In this document: positions 21,086 through 34,900 of the stretch, piece after piece
Layout: each line of letters begins with the position of its first letter
How positions within the stretch are numbered: the first letter of the stretch is position 1
Assembly: GCA_048013815.1 (NCBI GenBank)
Contig: CM106586.1
Coordinates: 21,018,001 to 21,082,000 of the forward strand
DNA length: 64,000 nt
Source: Setoptus koraiensis
Taxonomy: Eukaryota > Animalia > Arthropoda
Direction: 5' to 3'
Notes under the pieces: model-generated
What the model was told of the DNA's origin: nothing
The model's database searches: none
The model's input: only the letters and a program-made list of their open reading frames with translations
Made by a program: the position numbers and the translations under genes

Positions 21086-23860
21086 TTGATTTTAATTTTA
21101 ACTTGTTTTATCTTGTATTGTGCCCTTGTTAGAAGTTACAACTCTTACATGAAATGAAGACATGAGCGCGCGATTCTCATTTGGGTCTGAGTGTGCGATT
21201 CGATTTCAAAGAAGATTAGTTGACATTATAGAACCGGCCAGCACCGATGGATAGTTTAGATTGAATAGAAAGAGAATCACGGTCATGCCTTTCCCCCTAT
21301 CAACGCCTTCGACGTCTATTAAACTATAGACTGAAGTTTAATAAGTGGAAGGACAGATACAGTAGTAGTTTGAACACCCTCTCCATTGTATCCAAGCCAT
21401 CGATCCCCTTCTATAATGTTCCTCTACACTTACCAACGTTACTTTGAATCGCTTCGGAACGCGCAAACCCAAACTTATACCCCCTCTTTTGCCCCTCTCT
21501 ATTCTATACTATAAAGTGACTTTTCAACTATTATAGTGCTGCTACTCACTTTACATTCTGGCCACACTATACATCTCTCTCTACTTCACTGTTACCACTA
21601 CAGCCACCACCGCCACTACAACTACTACTACTACCACTACTAGTGTACATACAACCATTATCGACAACTATCACCACCACCACTCTCAGCACTACAACTA
21701 CTACAACAGCAACGGCAACTACTGTTGTACCATGTGGAAGTGGAGGCAGCAATCACTGGGATCATCTATCACCAAAATTCAAGAGTGTGTCACCACCTCT
21801 CTTGTGTTGTTGACTCTATATCCCGTAGCGGTAGTTGTACGAGTCACGAGATATATCCAACATTCGAGTGGCGTGCTCATTTCCAGCTCAATTGACGGTG
21901 ATGAAGGAGACGATGACGATAAATTGAGGAACGACATAAGTTTTTACAACAAACAGTATTCAATTGATTCTTTCTTCGCACCATTACATACATACGTAAT
22001 GCTGGCGTGGTGTGAGAAACCTCCAGACCTATATATTATCTTTACCGTTATCATCCAATGCCACTAGATGATTGAGCGATTCCGATCATAATCACTCGAT
22101 ATGATGCAATTTATCGAACCGTTTGTTGTCTCATTCTGTTAAGGTTTTTCGGGGTAAAGTATCATGGGCAAAACATTGTCTGTTCGCATCAACCACGTAC
22201 AAAGTAACCGACTTTGTATTGCAGAGGCCAGCCCCATGTTAATATCACCAAATTTTATCAACTCTATCCCTGTGATATCCCCCAACATGACTAAGTGCGT
22301 GTTCCTTTAAGCGTGCAAAATGTGACAATGCCTTTGGATTTGTTTCTTGTATTTGAGCGCGGTTGAGCTGAATCACGAATTTGTGTTCACTGTATACTCT
22401 GTAATTAATACGAACAATGAGCCGATGGCCAAAAACTATGCAAACATAATAAACGTGAACAAGTAAATTCGTACAGTTAGCAGAGAAGCGAAATGTTTCG
22501 CTACATCGTGGTTGTTCAGGTATCTCGTTGTCATTGTTCATTAATCTGCAGCTTCTCTCTGTTGAAGTTGGCCCTCCGTATCCTCAAAGCCTTTGTGTTA
22601 TTGCCATCATCTTCAGGAATCTCTGAGATCAAATACTTCATACTATCATATCTATTGAGAGCTAGCAGACATGCTGGCCACCTTAATTGTTGTTGCTTCG
22701 GTACCAAGTGTTAATGGTCATCAATGGTGTTGCTATTGACGCCTCCATTGTGCTTGTGCATATTAAATTTATTCTCATTTATTTGTTTGTATCATGATGC
22801 ATCGATTCCTGGTCCCATCATGTCTACCGAAATCGGTGTAGCTTTTTGACTTGCTTTGGGTAGGACTGCTGCCATGCACTGCGTAAAGTGTTAAGATTTT
22901 GGGTGTAGTTTTTGCCTGTGTCCTGCGCACATTGTTTATTTTCATGATTAGCAAAATTCATTTCATGTGTGTCTCTGTGTGTTTGTATGATAATCTTCAT
23001 TGTCAATGTGTGACTATGAGCGTGCAGGTACATCTGAAGGTGTTCGAAGGGTTTGTATCGAAGCCACGATTTTACAATAGTAGATTGCAATCAATCTGCA
23101 TCGACCCAATAGCTCGTATTTGTGCTCCATCACCACCAACTAACCGCGGTGGAAATATAATGAGATTGCACTTCTGTTGTCTTCTGTTCTCGAAAGGCAG
23201 CCCACAGCCCCAAGTCCCTCGGCAGCACTATTCACTCCCTCGTCTCTGTATAAGTTAAACCTTTCCCCAATTATTATAATCTCTCATAGTTGTGGTTCAC
23301 TTTTTGGTCGTTCGATCTTTTTTTTTCTCTTTCTGTCCGTTGTCTTATGATTGTTGAACATTTACAAAAGAATTCCTATTGTGCACAAAGTTCTAATGTG
23401 GAAATTGTATGACTATCGAAAACAATTGTTGGCAACGCGGGCTACCCTTTGCACCAGTGGTCAGTAGTTGCTCGCTATCCTGTTTGTCGGATATATTGAG
23501 CTGGTCAGCTGTTTCACAAGACGTATGCTGGTTTATAGCAGGCATTGTGAGTCAGTGAGCAGACCCAGTGACCGATGCAAGTTGATTGATTTCTAACCAA
23601 GGAGACCATAATGATAGTTCACACCTTTGCCAATCCCGAATGTTTGACTTTGCCTTTACTACCTCAAGGTTATTAGAGTGGCCGAAGGCAAATAGGAGGC
23701 TTTAATGAGAAGTCACTTCTTACACCTTTTAGTTGTTGTTCTATGGTGTGGTTGTTCCGCGTATGTGAAGTTTGTTCCAACCGACCATGAGCCAATCAAA
23801 TAGCGCCCGCTTCTTCTTCCATTCTTTTGGATAAATAAATAGCACGAACGCGCAAACACT

Positions 23861-23890
23861 CACACACACACACACACACACGCACACACA
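23861..23890. repeat. (CA)n microsatellite
   Basis: Seen directly, with one interruption. Confidence 0.9.
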
Positions 23891-24307
23891 AAGAAAGAAA
23901 ACAAATCAAATTAAATGAAAGAGATTACAATGTTTCTTGTCACATTCGATTGCCTCCTTGAAATAATATTAACAATTTTGGCCCATTCGCCCCTGGCCGA
24001 TTCGCTCATTGATGATGCTTGCGTGCTCGTTTGCATTCCGGTCGTCGGAGCGTGTTTGCCAGACTGGCCGGCTTGTATTGGCGCTGTCGTTCAAGCATGA
24101 GTGGATTCTAGAGAAGGCTGGTGATAAAATAAGACAGAGTGGTAGGCTTCTTCTCACCCCGCTACTACTTTGCAGCCGCAGTAATGGATTTGGTGCTGGT
24201 GCTGGCAGCGTTGCTGCGAGCCATCAACTCTTTCTCGACTACAATTGGGGCCACTTTGGGCAAGGCCTAAATTGGTGTGTATTGGTGGATAAAGTTTATG
24301 TCGTCGG

Positions 24308-24308
<1 letters not shown>

Positions 24309-24362
<54 letters not shown>
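24309..24362. repeat. (TG)n microsatellite
   Basis: Perfect run of ~27 units. Confidence 0.97.
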
Positions 24363-24363
<1 letters not shown>

Positions 24364-25750
24364 TGATCTGAGCAGCCTCAGATTCTGAGGTGCAATCTGT
24401 AAGCGGCATTGAAGTGCGTTTATCATCATCGTTAGCGGGCCCGGCATCATCAGCGTCATTAGATCAGATGATGATTCATTGGCTATTCACGCGCCGTGCC
24501 GCTAACTGCAACTATCTGTTCCTTTTCAGAGAGATCACTGGAGTGTGTCGCGAATGATTGAACGGATGATGACTGTTCCATGCTGAGTTGGCTCTGAGTC
24601 TGGCCGCTGGTTGCAGACACAACCAAATGTATCATTCGAAGAGAAGAGCCTCTCTGTGGCCTGTGTTGTGTCCCATCGATTATCCCGAATTGTAGGCGCT
24701 GATTTTGCACTCCAACCGACGCTCTTTTACGCCTCTGTCGGCGGGCGCGTTTGCGATGAGTCCAGGTCGCCCGCTGGCAACACCATTGGTTCTAGCTTAC
24801 ACATTGTATATTGTTGCTTGAAACAGAAGCTGCCGAATGAATCCGGTCACAATTGTAATTGTATTAATTAATTACCATCGTCACTGTGATATGTCTCTGA
24901 GATGGCGCATATCACATGATATCATGGAATTATTATCGGATAAAATATAACAACAATTCGATCGCCGGGAGCCCTGATTTGGTCAGCACGTGGCACGTTA
25001 TCTGCAGGGGAAAGCACTCGAGTTTCCCCAGCGAACTATAGAATCTGCAGTATAGATTCAACGGTTAGAATGCAACAGATTATTGGTTAGTTAGTGCACA
25101 GTTTTGTCCAATTGTGTCGCTCAGCGAACTGCACCAAATGATTGCGGCGAGTCTGCGCGACCAAACGATAAGCGCCAACTTCAAAAGCGAAAAAAAAGAC
25201 TTTTTCAAAAAGTGTCACTCTGTGAGGTGCCACTTATGACATTAACGTCGGCCAAACATTTGTGTGAGGCTCATCTGGCGATATCTGGCGACAGTTTCAG
25301 GTGATCGATAATGGCAACTGAAGTGGCCGACTTCGATCCGCGCCCATGAATCCTCGGAATGAGCGCTCGGTTTGAGGTTTAATCGAGTGAACCGGTTCCA
25401 CGACCATACGACCATTGTTGGCGACCACGATATACGCGACCAATGGATATATCTTTATTTACGACCAATTGCGATGTGTCGCTCTGTTTTCGCATCATGC
25501 TCCAATTTGCTTTATAATGAGGTGCCTGACGAGCGTAAACTCGTCCTTTTAATGAGAGCGTGACAATCAGTTTCGAGGGCTGCACCAGACTAGACTGGAT
25601 ATTACATTATATTATGTGTTTGTGTTGCCCGAACGTGGCCTCATATAGGTTCAGCGCCTGCCGTGCGATACTGTTAGTTGGGGTCCATGAGGCGATCTGG
25701 TACAGACCGAGATCATCATATGATGTCACACTATGGTCATGCGATTAACC

Positions 25751-25840
25751 GACACCATTGGACACCATTGGACACCATTGGACACCATTGGACACCACTG
25801 GACACCACTGGACACCACTGGACACCACTGGACACCACTG
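25751..25840. repeat. 10-bp minisatellite: GACACCATTG x4 then GACACCACTG x5
   Basis: Seen directly. Confidence 0.97.
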
Positions 25841-28800
25841 GACATCGTGCTGACCATGCGAGCATGTGACAGTGGCACCTCGTTGTGAATATGAAGATGT
25901 CACGAGAGACGAAGCTCGCGCCCGTTCGCCACGGTGCCATTGTGAATATTGTTTCATGAGTGCCCTCGAGTGGATAAAGATCTAAAGCATCTGGCTGGAC
26001 ACATCTATAGATTATTAACGATTCAATGGGTTTTGGTGCGTATGCGTGCCGTTTGAAGCAGCGTTTGGTGCCCCAGTTAGCGGTTAACGAAGTTTACAAA
26101 GGTGCCAATCAAATGATTGCAGACAGTGAGTATATAATATATAATAAATGTGCGAACGGTGAGAGCTCATTGTGGCACAACAACAACACCGGCAACAGCA
26201 ACAGCAACGGCATCAGCAAAGGCAAACGACAGAGAATAGGAGCCGAAATTCTTCGAAATGAAATAGATTGATTGAATTAGGTACAAAGGTGAGCCGGCAG
26301 CAACAACACAGGCCAACAACAATGGGCACTATGTCTGGCATAATAAATCTTGATCTCAACTAAGTGGTGGGCACGGAGCGGGTAGCTTTTTGGAGCGGTC
26401 ACTAACAAGCATTATCGCATCTAGACGTTGGAGAATAATCGCTGTTGTTGTTGTTGTTGTTGTCTCGATGGGCACGTTTTGCACCACCGTTCCAATGGCG
26501 GTTGCCACAAACCAACATTGGCACACAATAACAACAATAGTAATCGTCGCGGCCCGATTTACATAAGCCCGATGAGTAGATTAACTGTGGACAGTGGTAA
26601 TGGCATTGGGCAGCATTGATTGCTATAGGTGCCGATCGGCGTATCAAGATGTGTCGGGGCCCAGCGTGATATTTGTATAAATTTGTTTGTAGTTTATTAC
26701 AATAGCATTGTTTTGATGGCGGCACCGTGAAGCCGACCGACCGACCGACCAACCAACCGCCCGACTGACCGGCCTGTCGACCGACTGTTTGACCGACCGA
26801 CCGACCGACACAAACACGTGAAACGCGTGAAAGCGCGCGCTGTTGTCGTTTGCAAACTAAACATATAAACGTAAAGTCAACCGACCAGAGGTGACAGAGG
26901 GCACATAGTGGGCCACTTCAACGGGTGACACACAACGCTCAAATCTGGGCACACAATCGAGGCTTCGAACTTATTCAAGCGAGGGCTGCCAGCGGCGACA
27001 AAAGTGGAGTGATCTCTGTTGCAATATACATACAAGACATTGTGTGACACCTTGCCTCTAATCGGCTTGGGCGGATTATAATCGGGCGAGCCGGCGCGTC
27101 TCAAAAGCGTGCGACGCACTTCTCAAAAGCGCCCACACTTGACTGGCGCAACGAGTCCCCCAATCAGGCGCCCATTGTTTGTGTAAGAGGTCGGCCGCAT
27201 ACTAGACGCAACAACAACAACAACACCAACAACGACGACAACAACGACGACACCGCCAACAACAGTAAATATCAACACAGGATTAGCGCACAATGATACA
27301 TTGTGGGCCATATATCACTGCCATGCAACAATGCCAATCAAAAGCGCCGAGAACTGGTGCACTTTAGATAAACTGTGCCGGCTCTAGAAATCGCCCGATA
27401 ATCGTGTTGGCATGCGCTGGCGGTGCCCCGTGCGAGTGTGGCTCGATATGCGAGTGTGCGTGCGTTAACAAATGTTTGTAGCCATTACGACAACGACAAC
27501 AACAACAACATCGACAACAACAACAACAACATCGACAACACCGACAACAACAACAACAACATCGACAACACCGACAACAACAACAACAACAACAACAAAT
27601 GTTTGTCGACAGCCAGCAGTCTATTAGCGGCGCTTACTTGTTGGGCCCAATATGTGTCCGCGACGGGCCCCAAACGTTGGGGCCCAGCACAGGCGTATGG
27701 GCGACACATATAGACTGGCGGTGTGGAAAGTGTGACGCAAGAGCGCGCGATGCATCAGTGTCACTTGACTTATCTCTATAACCTCATCTTATCTCTCGAT
27801 CTCATTGTTGCGCGCGTTCGAGTCGTGGCTGGTTGTCGTTGGCGATGAGTTGCCGAGTTCATTCATCAGCAGCAGACGACGAGTTAACTCGCCAACTAGC
27901 CTGCAAATGGGTGGATTAAATTTGAATTGAATTGTCTTGTCTGTTGGCTGGCAGCGACGCATCGCAGACACTTGGACATTGTCGATTGCGAGGCGCGACT
28001 TGGGCGCCCCCAACACACAATGGCTAACCACTTAGAGCCCTGCGTGTGCCCGCCAAAGCCCGCCAAAACCCGCTAAAATCGCCCTGTTAATCGATCATGC
28101 CGACCAGACTTGCCCCTGTTTGTGAGCCGCCATTTGATTCCATTTGGGCCCCATCGCAAGCTTACGACGCGGGCGCGGCTGTGTGTCGGCATGAGTCGTC
28201 GGCATGAGTCGTCGGCCCCCACCACGGGGCTATATATAGCGGATATAGGCTACATATATACCAACCACCAACTGTTGCTGGCTTGTTGGTCTGTCGACGG
28301 CCTGGTCCGACGGGCAGCCCGAGATGCACAATTGTCAGTCAAGTATCACAAGTGTGTTTGTGATCAATGACTCCGATAATGATCTTGAGCTCTCAATTGT
28401 GCGATATGCCCCGATATCATCATGTATCATATGGGCCCGTATGTGTGCACAACGGTGCATCCATTAACATTAAATTGTCGTTATTCAAGTGTTGCACTGC
28501 TGACGGACATTAAATTGAGCATAAGGGTGCTAATGGCTAACATTTGCATTTGTGCCCACTGGTTGGGCCAGGTATTTTCATATTGTATTTTCATTTGTAA
28601 GCGAACCAAGCGAAGTGGAGCGGTGAGGCCACTTGACAGTTGAATGGGCGAAAACATTTAGTCAGCAACAATGCTAATGAAAGCTGGCTCATCTAAAAGT
28701 CGCTGATTGTGTTGAGCCCGTCACTGCAACAATTGAATTTTAGATTAAACGGCGACCAGCGAAAAAGCGTTTTCTTCCTTCCTCTCGCATTCTCGTGCTG

Positions 28801-31800
28801 TTGTGCGCCCCTCGTCGAGCGGCTCTCTCATCAACTGTCGACACTGTGAGATATCGGATGGCCAGATATTGAGAATCAATTGAATATGGCGGCTACTGCA
28901 ACAATTGAATGGCGCCTATATGATGGGGCCCATGTCGTCGCCTATAGCAGCACTCCACGGTGACACTAATCCCCTTCTAACAAGTCGGGGCGATAATGTG
29001 TTTAAAAATGGAGACGCTCAGTGGGACAAAAGCCGGCCGAAAGGTGACGCCGGCCTCTCTAGGAGGCCGCTCGAAGGCAACCCTCGAGCAAGCAAACAAA
29101 CAAATGGTTCAAATGTTCGCGCAAACATTCGAACAAAATTGGGCAAAACATTTATTGATATTTATAGACAATTTATATGGGCGCTTGTCGTCGAATGTCG
29201 GCCGGCCGGCCATTGTATTGTGCTGCTTGTAACCGGTGGCGGCGCCCAGTTGTAGTGCACAGCCCGTCTGGCAGAGGGGCGCTACCAATTGACAGATGAT
29301 GATTATATCCATTGTCGATGGCGCTCTCATTGCGAGTTCGAGTGGCCGGCCGGACAGTTAGCGGCGCGCACGTTTTTCGCTTCTTGATATCGTTTCTTTT
29401 CGCTTCTTTTTCGCTTCTTGTCGCTTCTTTTGGCCTCCCTTGGCCCCATTCGCGGCCAACAATGAACCAGCCAATGCCAGCAGCGAGACATTAGCACTCG
29501 GATTGACACTTAAGCGTTGACGTGGCGCACTTTTACACGTGTGCAGCACGGGCGGCAATATCCACTGTCATTGATGGCACTATCATGGCCACTTTTATAG
29601 CCAGCGAGTTTTCATTTTTTGGCTTGCTCGCCGGTTTTGCCGGTTGACGACTGTGAGTGTCAGTTTGGCCGGACTGTCTGAGGGCTGTTGTGCTCGCTTT
29701 TTATCCGCTCGCTTTTTGTCGCTTTACTGCGCGCTCGTGACGAGTACGTGTCGTGATTCTGGGAATCACTTAAGAGGCAAAAAGTCGCCGGCCCACAATG
29801 GGCGCCTTTTTTGCGCGAGCTGCGACACTGTTTTTACACTGTCGCCCAAACGTGCCCGCGAGGGGGGCACCAAACAACTTTGGTCGGCCCCCTGGCTGGC
29901 AGTGGGTTTTTTGGGCACGCACACACGCGTAGACAATGTTAGTTTAGTTATCACGGTCATTTTGTTTTTCTGAATGACTGAATGAACGAATAATCAAATA
30001 AGATAAATACCGAACAACTGGAGCAACTGCTCGTTGGGCGCCCATCGCCGGTCGCCGGTCGCCGGTCGCGCCAGAGGCTCCTTGACTCGCCTCACTGGCC
30101 ACTATAAATAGCCGGTTCGGTGGTTGTCGGCCGGCGTTGACGCTATATACGCATAACGTATATGCATGTTGGGCTGTATATATACCAAAATATACAGCCC
30201 AAAATACATACAAACGCCGGCCCAAACGCTGGCGATGGCCCGCCAGCGAGCAAAATTCAAAAGTAACGCGCCGGAGAAACAAACGGATGACGAGTGTCAG
30301 TGTTAGCGAGACGCTTGAGTGAGCATGATCACACAATGACTTTGGGCTACGTCGAAGCCAATTTAAATGGAAAAGAGGGCCAGCGCGATCAATAACTCAC
30401 ATGATTGAATTGTGGTGTCGCTTGCAAACTGCACTCTCGTCGCACCGGCGACAAGCCAACAATGCGAGCCAACACAACCTACGACACTCCACGGGCCGGC
30501 TAAGTGGGTACGGCGAGTGGGTACAGCCAGTGGGTAGGCATACAATCAATCAGATCAACACCAACACAAACAACCCAATGCGAGCCAACACGAACAACAC
30601 ACACACGCACACGCACACGCACTGGCACGACGATAAAGAATTAAATTAGAACTGGACAATTGCCAATATTAGCAAAAGTCATTATCGACGGGCCATCATA
30701 AACAACAATCATAAAGTCACCAGAGACAATTGTTGTCAGCGGCGCCATTGTCGGGCCGCTGCTTGCGCCGGCATTGTGTCGGTCGGTCGGCGGCGCGGTT
30801 TTGGCCACTTTTGGCCACTTTCGGCCACTTTTCGCCAGTTGGCCACCTTTCGGGCCGGCCAAACGGCTGTAACAGTGTCACATATCTCGCAGCGACGCGT
30901 CTCGCAGTGATGTATGGCGAGCGTTTGAGCCAGCACACCGGACATGCACAATTGTTCTGGGCTCGAGACTTTCGGCGCCGGAATGATATAATGATGATAC
31001 GCGACGCTGAATCGATGGGCAGCTCGTAACTGCGACTCACAAGAGCCATACGAACAGTGCGTGCGACGCTCAATTGAAATAAATATCGATATATGCAAAT
31101 TATCGAGCACCGTCGTGAGCCAGATATCATACTCATCACATCGCTCATCATTCATGCGCCCTCACTGAACCTCGCCTGGCCTCATCGCGGCCAGCGCCGG
31201 CCCCCGCGACCAGCGCCGGCCCACGGCCTCATTTCGAGAGAGCGCGTCGCAGGAACGAGACCAGTCCAATCCAAGTTCGAGAGCATTCCAACAACCCAGA
31301 ATTCGCTGACAAGCAATTACACCACAGGAGCACATTAATAACTGTTTTGGATAAAGACAGAGCTGGCGTGTATAGATAAACTACGAGAGCACTCGACACT
31401 TTGTGTGCATTTATGAAAAGCCAGCCAGCGGGCCGGTTAAACGAATGAATATTTACATATTTGTGTTTGTTGTCGTTGTCGTGGTTGTTGTTTTGATCCG
31501 TCATACTCCTGCCTGAGCTTGCATTTGTGTTGTGTTCACTTCTCACTGGAGACACTAGAGATGATGTATCTATTATAGCTATCATATATCACAGATACGG
31601 TGCAGATGATTTTGGTCATATTCGGTCAGTTTGTGTCGTGACATATCGTACAAAGTATCGCACAAAACGCCAACACCACACGAAATACAATTGTGTTTTG
31701 TATGATTGTTGTATTTGCACGATGCACGACGCAGCACGACGGCCAGCTCACCGGCACACTCAAGAACCGGCCAGCAACGACAACAATGGCGACAACAGTG

Positions 31801-31951
31801 CGACCAATTGTGAAAATGAATGAAAATGAATCACGCTCACAAATCATATCATCCGCTACAAGTTGGCCAACCGGCCACTTCCGAACAGTTTGAGCTCATT
31901 GTTGTCTCGCTGTTGTGCCGCTGGCCAGTCTCGGTCGCCTGCCGGTTCCGG

Positions 31952-34900
31952 TTACCCGTCGGACGGCCCGTCGGCGCTCGAGGGCGCCGCCGGACTGGAG
32001 GCTCGCCTGTCCATTTCGTAATCGGTGGCTGGCAGCCTTGAGTTGCGACCGGCTCGCAACTCAATTGCGTCACTGTCTGTGCCACCACTATTCGTCGCTA
32101 ATTTCGTCGTCGTTGACTTGTTGTCTGGCGGCGGTCGCCGTCGATCGGAGTGTCGCCGTGAGTCGTTGAATCCGTTGCCGCAGTCACAGTGAGCGCACTG
32201 TCGCGACAAACTCTCGCCAGCTTCTGCGTCCTGGTGCTCGTGTCGTCCGTGGTGGTCTCGGTGGCCGGCTTTGTGGTCGTCGCTGGCCCGGCTCGATCGA
32301 TTCAGCAGGGTCCGTCGACTTTTGAGGCGCGCGCCAAGCCCCAAATCGCCGCCACCATTGTCACACAATGCGCCGCCGGCAACAAGTGGCTCGAGCTGGC
32401 ACGACGAGCGATGCTCCAACAGATTGTCCATGTCCAAAATTATACTGTGCGCCGAATGCTTGCCATTCACGGTATCACGGTTTGTCGTTGGCGACTGCAC
32501 TGGCTCAACGGCCGCTATCAGCTCCAAATCGGGCAACGATCTTGTGTCTATCGTTAGGTAATCGGCGCCATTTGTCGCCGATTGCGCATCGTCCGGCAGC
32601 TTCCGGTCGGCGTCGTTCGTCGACACATCGCGTCGTTCGTCGTCTTCGCTGGTGGGCAATTGGCGCTTGCTCGCTGACTGGTTGGCAAGATCGCTTGACT
32701 TGCCATGTTGCTGCCGTTTGGTGCTGTTGTGTTCGTTGCAAGCTCCACATTTGTCGCCACAATGCTCGCCCAATCTGTTGGCCGATTTACTTTTGGTCGT
32801 GATGATGCTGCCGCTGCAACAATCGAGTCGCTGATTTGAGCCGTGCTGATTAACTCTCATTAGCCTGGCCGACGAGCATCTCAATTGGCTTGCCACTCCC
32901 GTAGATTGAGTTGTTGATGAATGTGCGCTAGAGGCGCTCACGTCGCCGCACCCAGCCGACGAGTGACAGCTTGAGCCGGAGCTGCGTCTGCGCGCCTCTG
33001 TGCCTGCGTGACGCAATCGATTGACATCGTTATTATTGATTATGAGTCGGTGAGTGTGAATAAATTAGCGTTAGCAATTAGTAATTAGTAGTAATTAGCA
33101 AATTACACAAAGATTGGTGTTTTTGTTGTTGTTGTTGTTGTTGTGCAGCAAAAGTTACACAACAGTCATGACAGGACAGGTGACTCACCTGGCGCTCGTT
33201 GCGACCGCTTGTTGCTTGTTGTGGCAACAATCTCGTCTGTGGCTGGCTGGTTGGCATCGCAAGCCAATGCCAATTTATTGTTGGTCAACAGTGACATTGA
33301 GCCATTAACGGAGGCCGATTGTTGGTGCTGGTGTTTGGTTGTTGTTGTTGTTGCTGTATGATGGTGGTGTTTTTTGTTTCTGCCGCCACTGTGGCGCCCT
33401 CTCTCGTCGCCGGTGGCCACCAGTCTGGGATCGTGCAAGTGGTGACACTGTGTCCAGGCATCCAAGAGATTATTATCAAAATTATCAACATCTCTATCAT
33501 CTCTTGTATCCGCGCCTACTGTTGCATCATCCTGCTGCCTGATCGTTGGACACTGAATGGTCATGGCCGACATTGGCGACACCGGCGACGAGCCAGAAAT
33601 TGCGCAATTTGCGCTGTTGTGATGGTGACAATTGTAATTGTGCTGCGACAAGCTGCTGCGATTTGCGCTGTTGCGCCGGTGCGATTGTTGTCTTCTTGCG
33701 TTATTACTACTACTTCCGGTGTGCTGCTGATTAATTGCCGACTGATTGGCCGACTGATTGGCGGTTGCCAGTGATTTAGCGATGAGATTGTCGCATTGGC
33801 CGAATTGGGTGCCGTCATTGCGGTCCACCGTGCGCCCGTAATGAGAGGAGGCTCGGTGACGCGGCGCCGGCGCACAGTGATGAGGGTTGCTGTTGTTGTT
33901 GTTGCTGTTGCTGCATTGGTGAATGTAGTCGTAGTAATCGCTGGCCGACAGGTGAGGCGCCCGGTACCGGGCGTGCTGATGCCGCTGGTGGGCGGGGGCC
34001 TGCGGCAGGTCAGCGTTGGTGTTGTGCCGGTGATAATAACGGTGGTTGTGTGCGGTGTAGCGGTCAGTGTCGCAGGCATAGTGGTGCCTGAAATCGTAAC
34101 AAGTGTTGTTGAGCTGGCTGGCCAGCGCCAGCGCGTCCGCCCTCGGGCCGGCGCAATCCGGGCTCGGGCCCAGGTAGTCGGGCCGCGGTATTTGTTGCGG
34201 GCCCAATTGCAGGTAGGGCTGCAAATAGGGCTGCTGCTGCTGCAGGCCAACACTGGCCCCATTTGTGCCCGTTGTGCAATTGGGCGCCGGGCTTGTTGCC
34301 GTTGGCGCGCCCGCCAAGGGGGCGGCGGGCGCCGCGCTGCTGCTGCTCTGGTCCAGTTTGCTCAGGCGCTTCTCGGCGCGCGCCCTGATGCGCGCCTCGG
34401 CCGACGGATAATTCTTGAGCACGTCCCACAGGTCCTGCCGATACGATACAATGAGAAAAAGCAATGTTTTGCATAATATTTGATGCGTTCGTGTGATTGA
34501 CAATTAATTACGATTATAATTACATTTGGTCCGGTTAGTTGCTGGTCCGGCGACATTCGCGCCGACTCGCAACTATCGGCCGCTCCCCCGGACAGCAGCG
34601 GACAGCAGCGGCTGGCAGCCGCGTCTGCCCAGCCAACCAACTCACCTGTTTATTCAAGCAAAATAGGTCCGAGTAGCCGAGCGAGCGCACCGAGGCGGTG
34701 CGCTTGTTGCCCGCGCCGCCCACGTTCAGGATGGATATCTCGCCAAAGTAGGAGCCCGCGTTGAGGTGCGCCAGCACCGTGTTGCCTGGGGTGCGTGCGC
34801 GTATGCATGGGCGTGATTTATTCGAGCCGTTGGTCGTTTGGGCGGACGGCGTCGGTATCCAGCGCAATCGTATCGCGAGTATGGCGAGTATCGCAACGCG

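Noticed and set aside
25751-25840. CRISPR-like array
   Set aside because: The units are contiguous with no unique spacers, there are no cas genes, and the context is eukaryotic. The same applies to all other arrays in the window.
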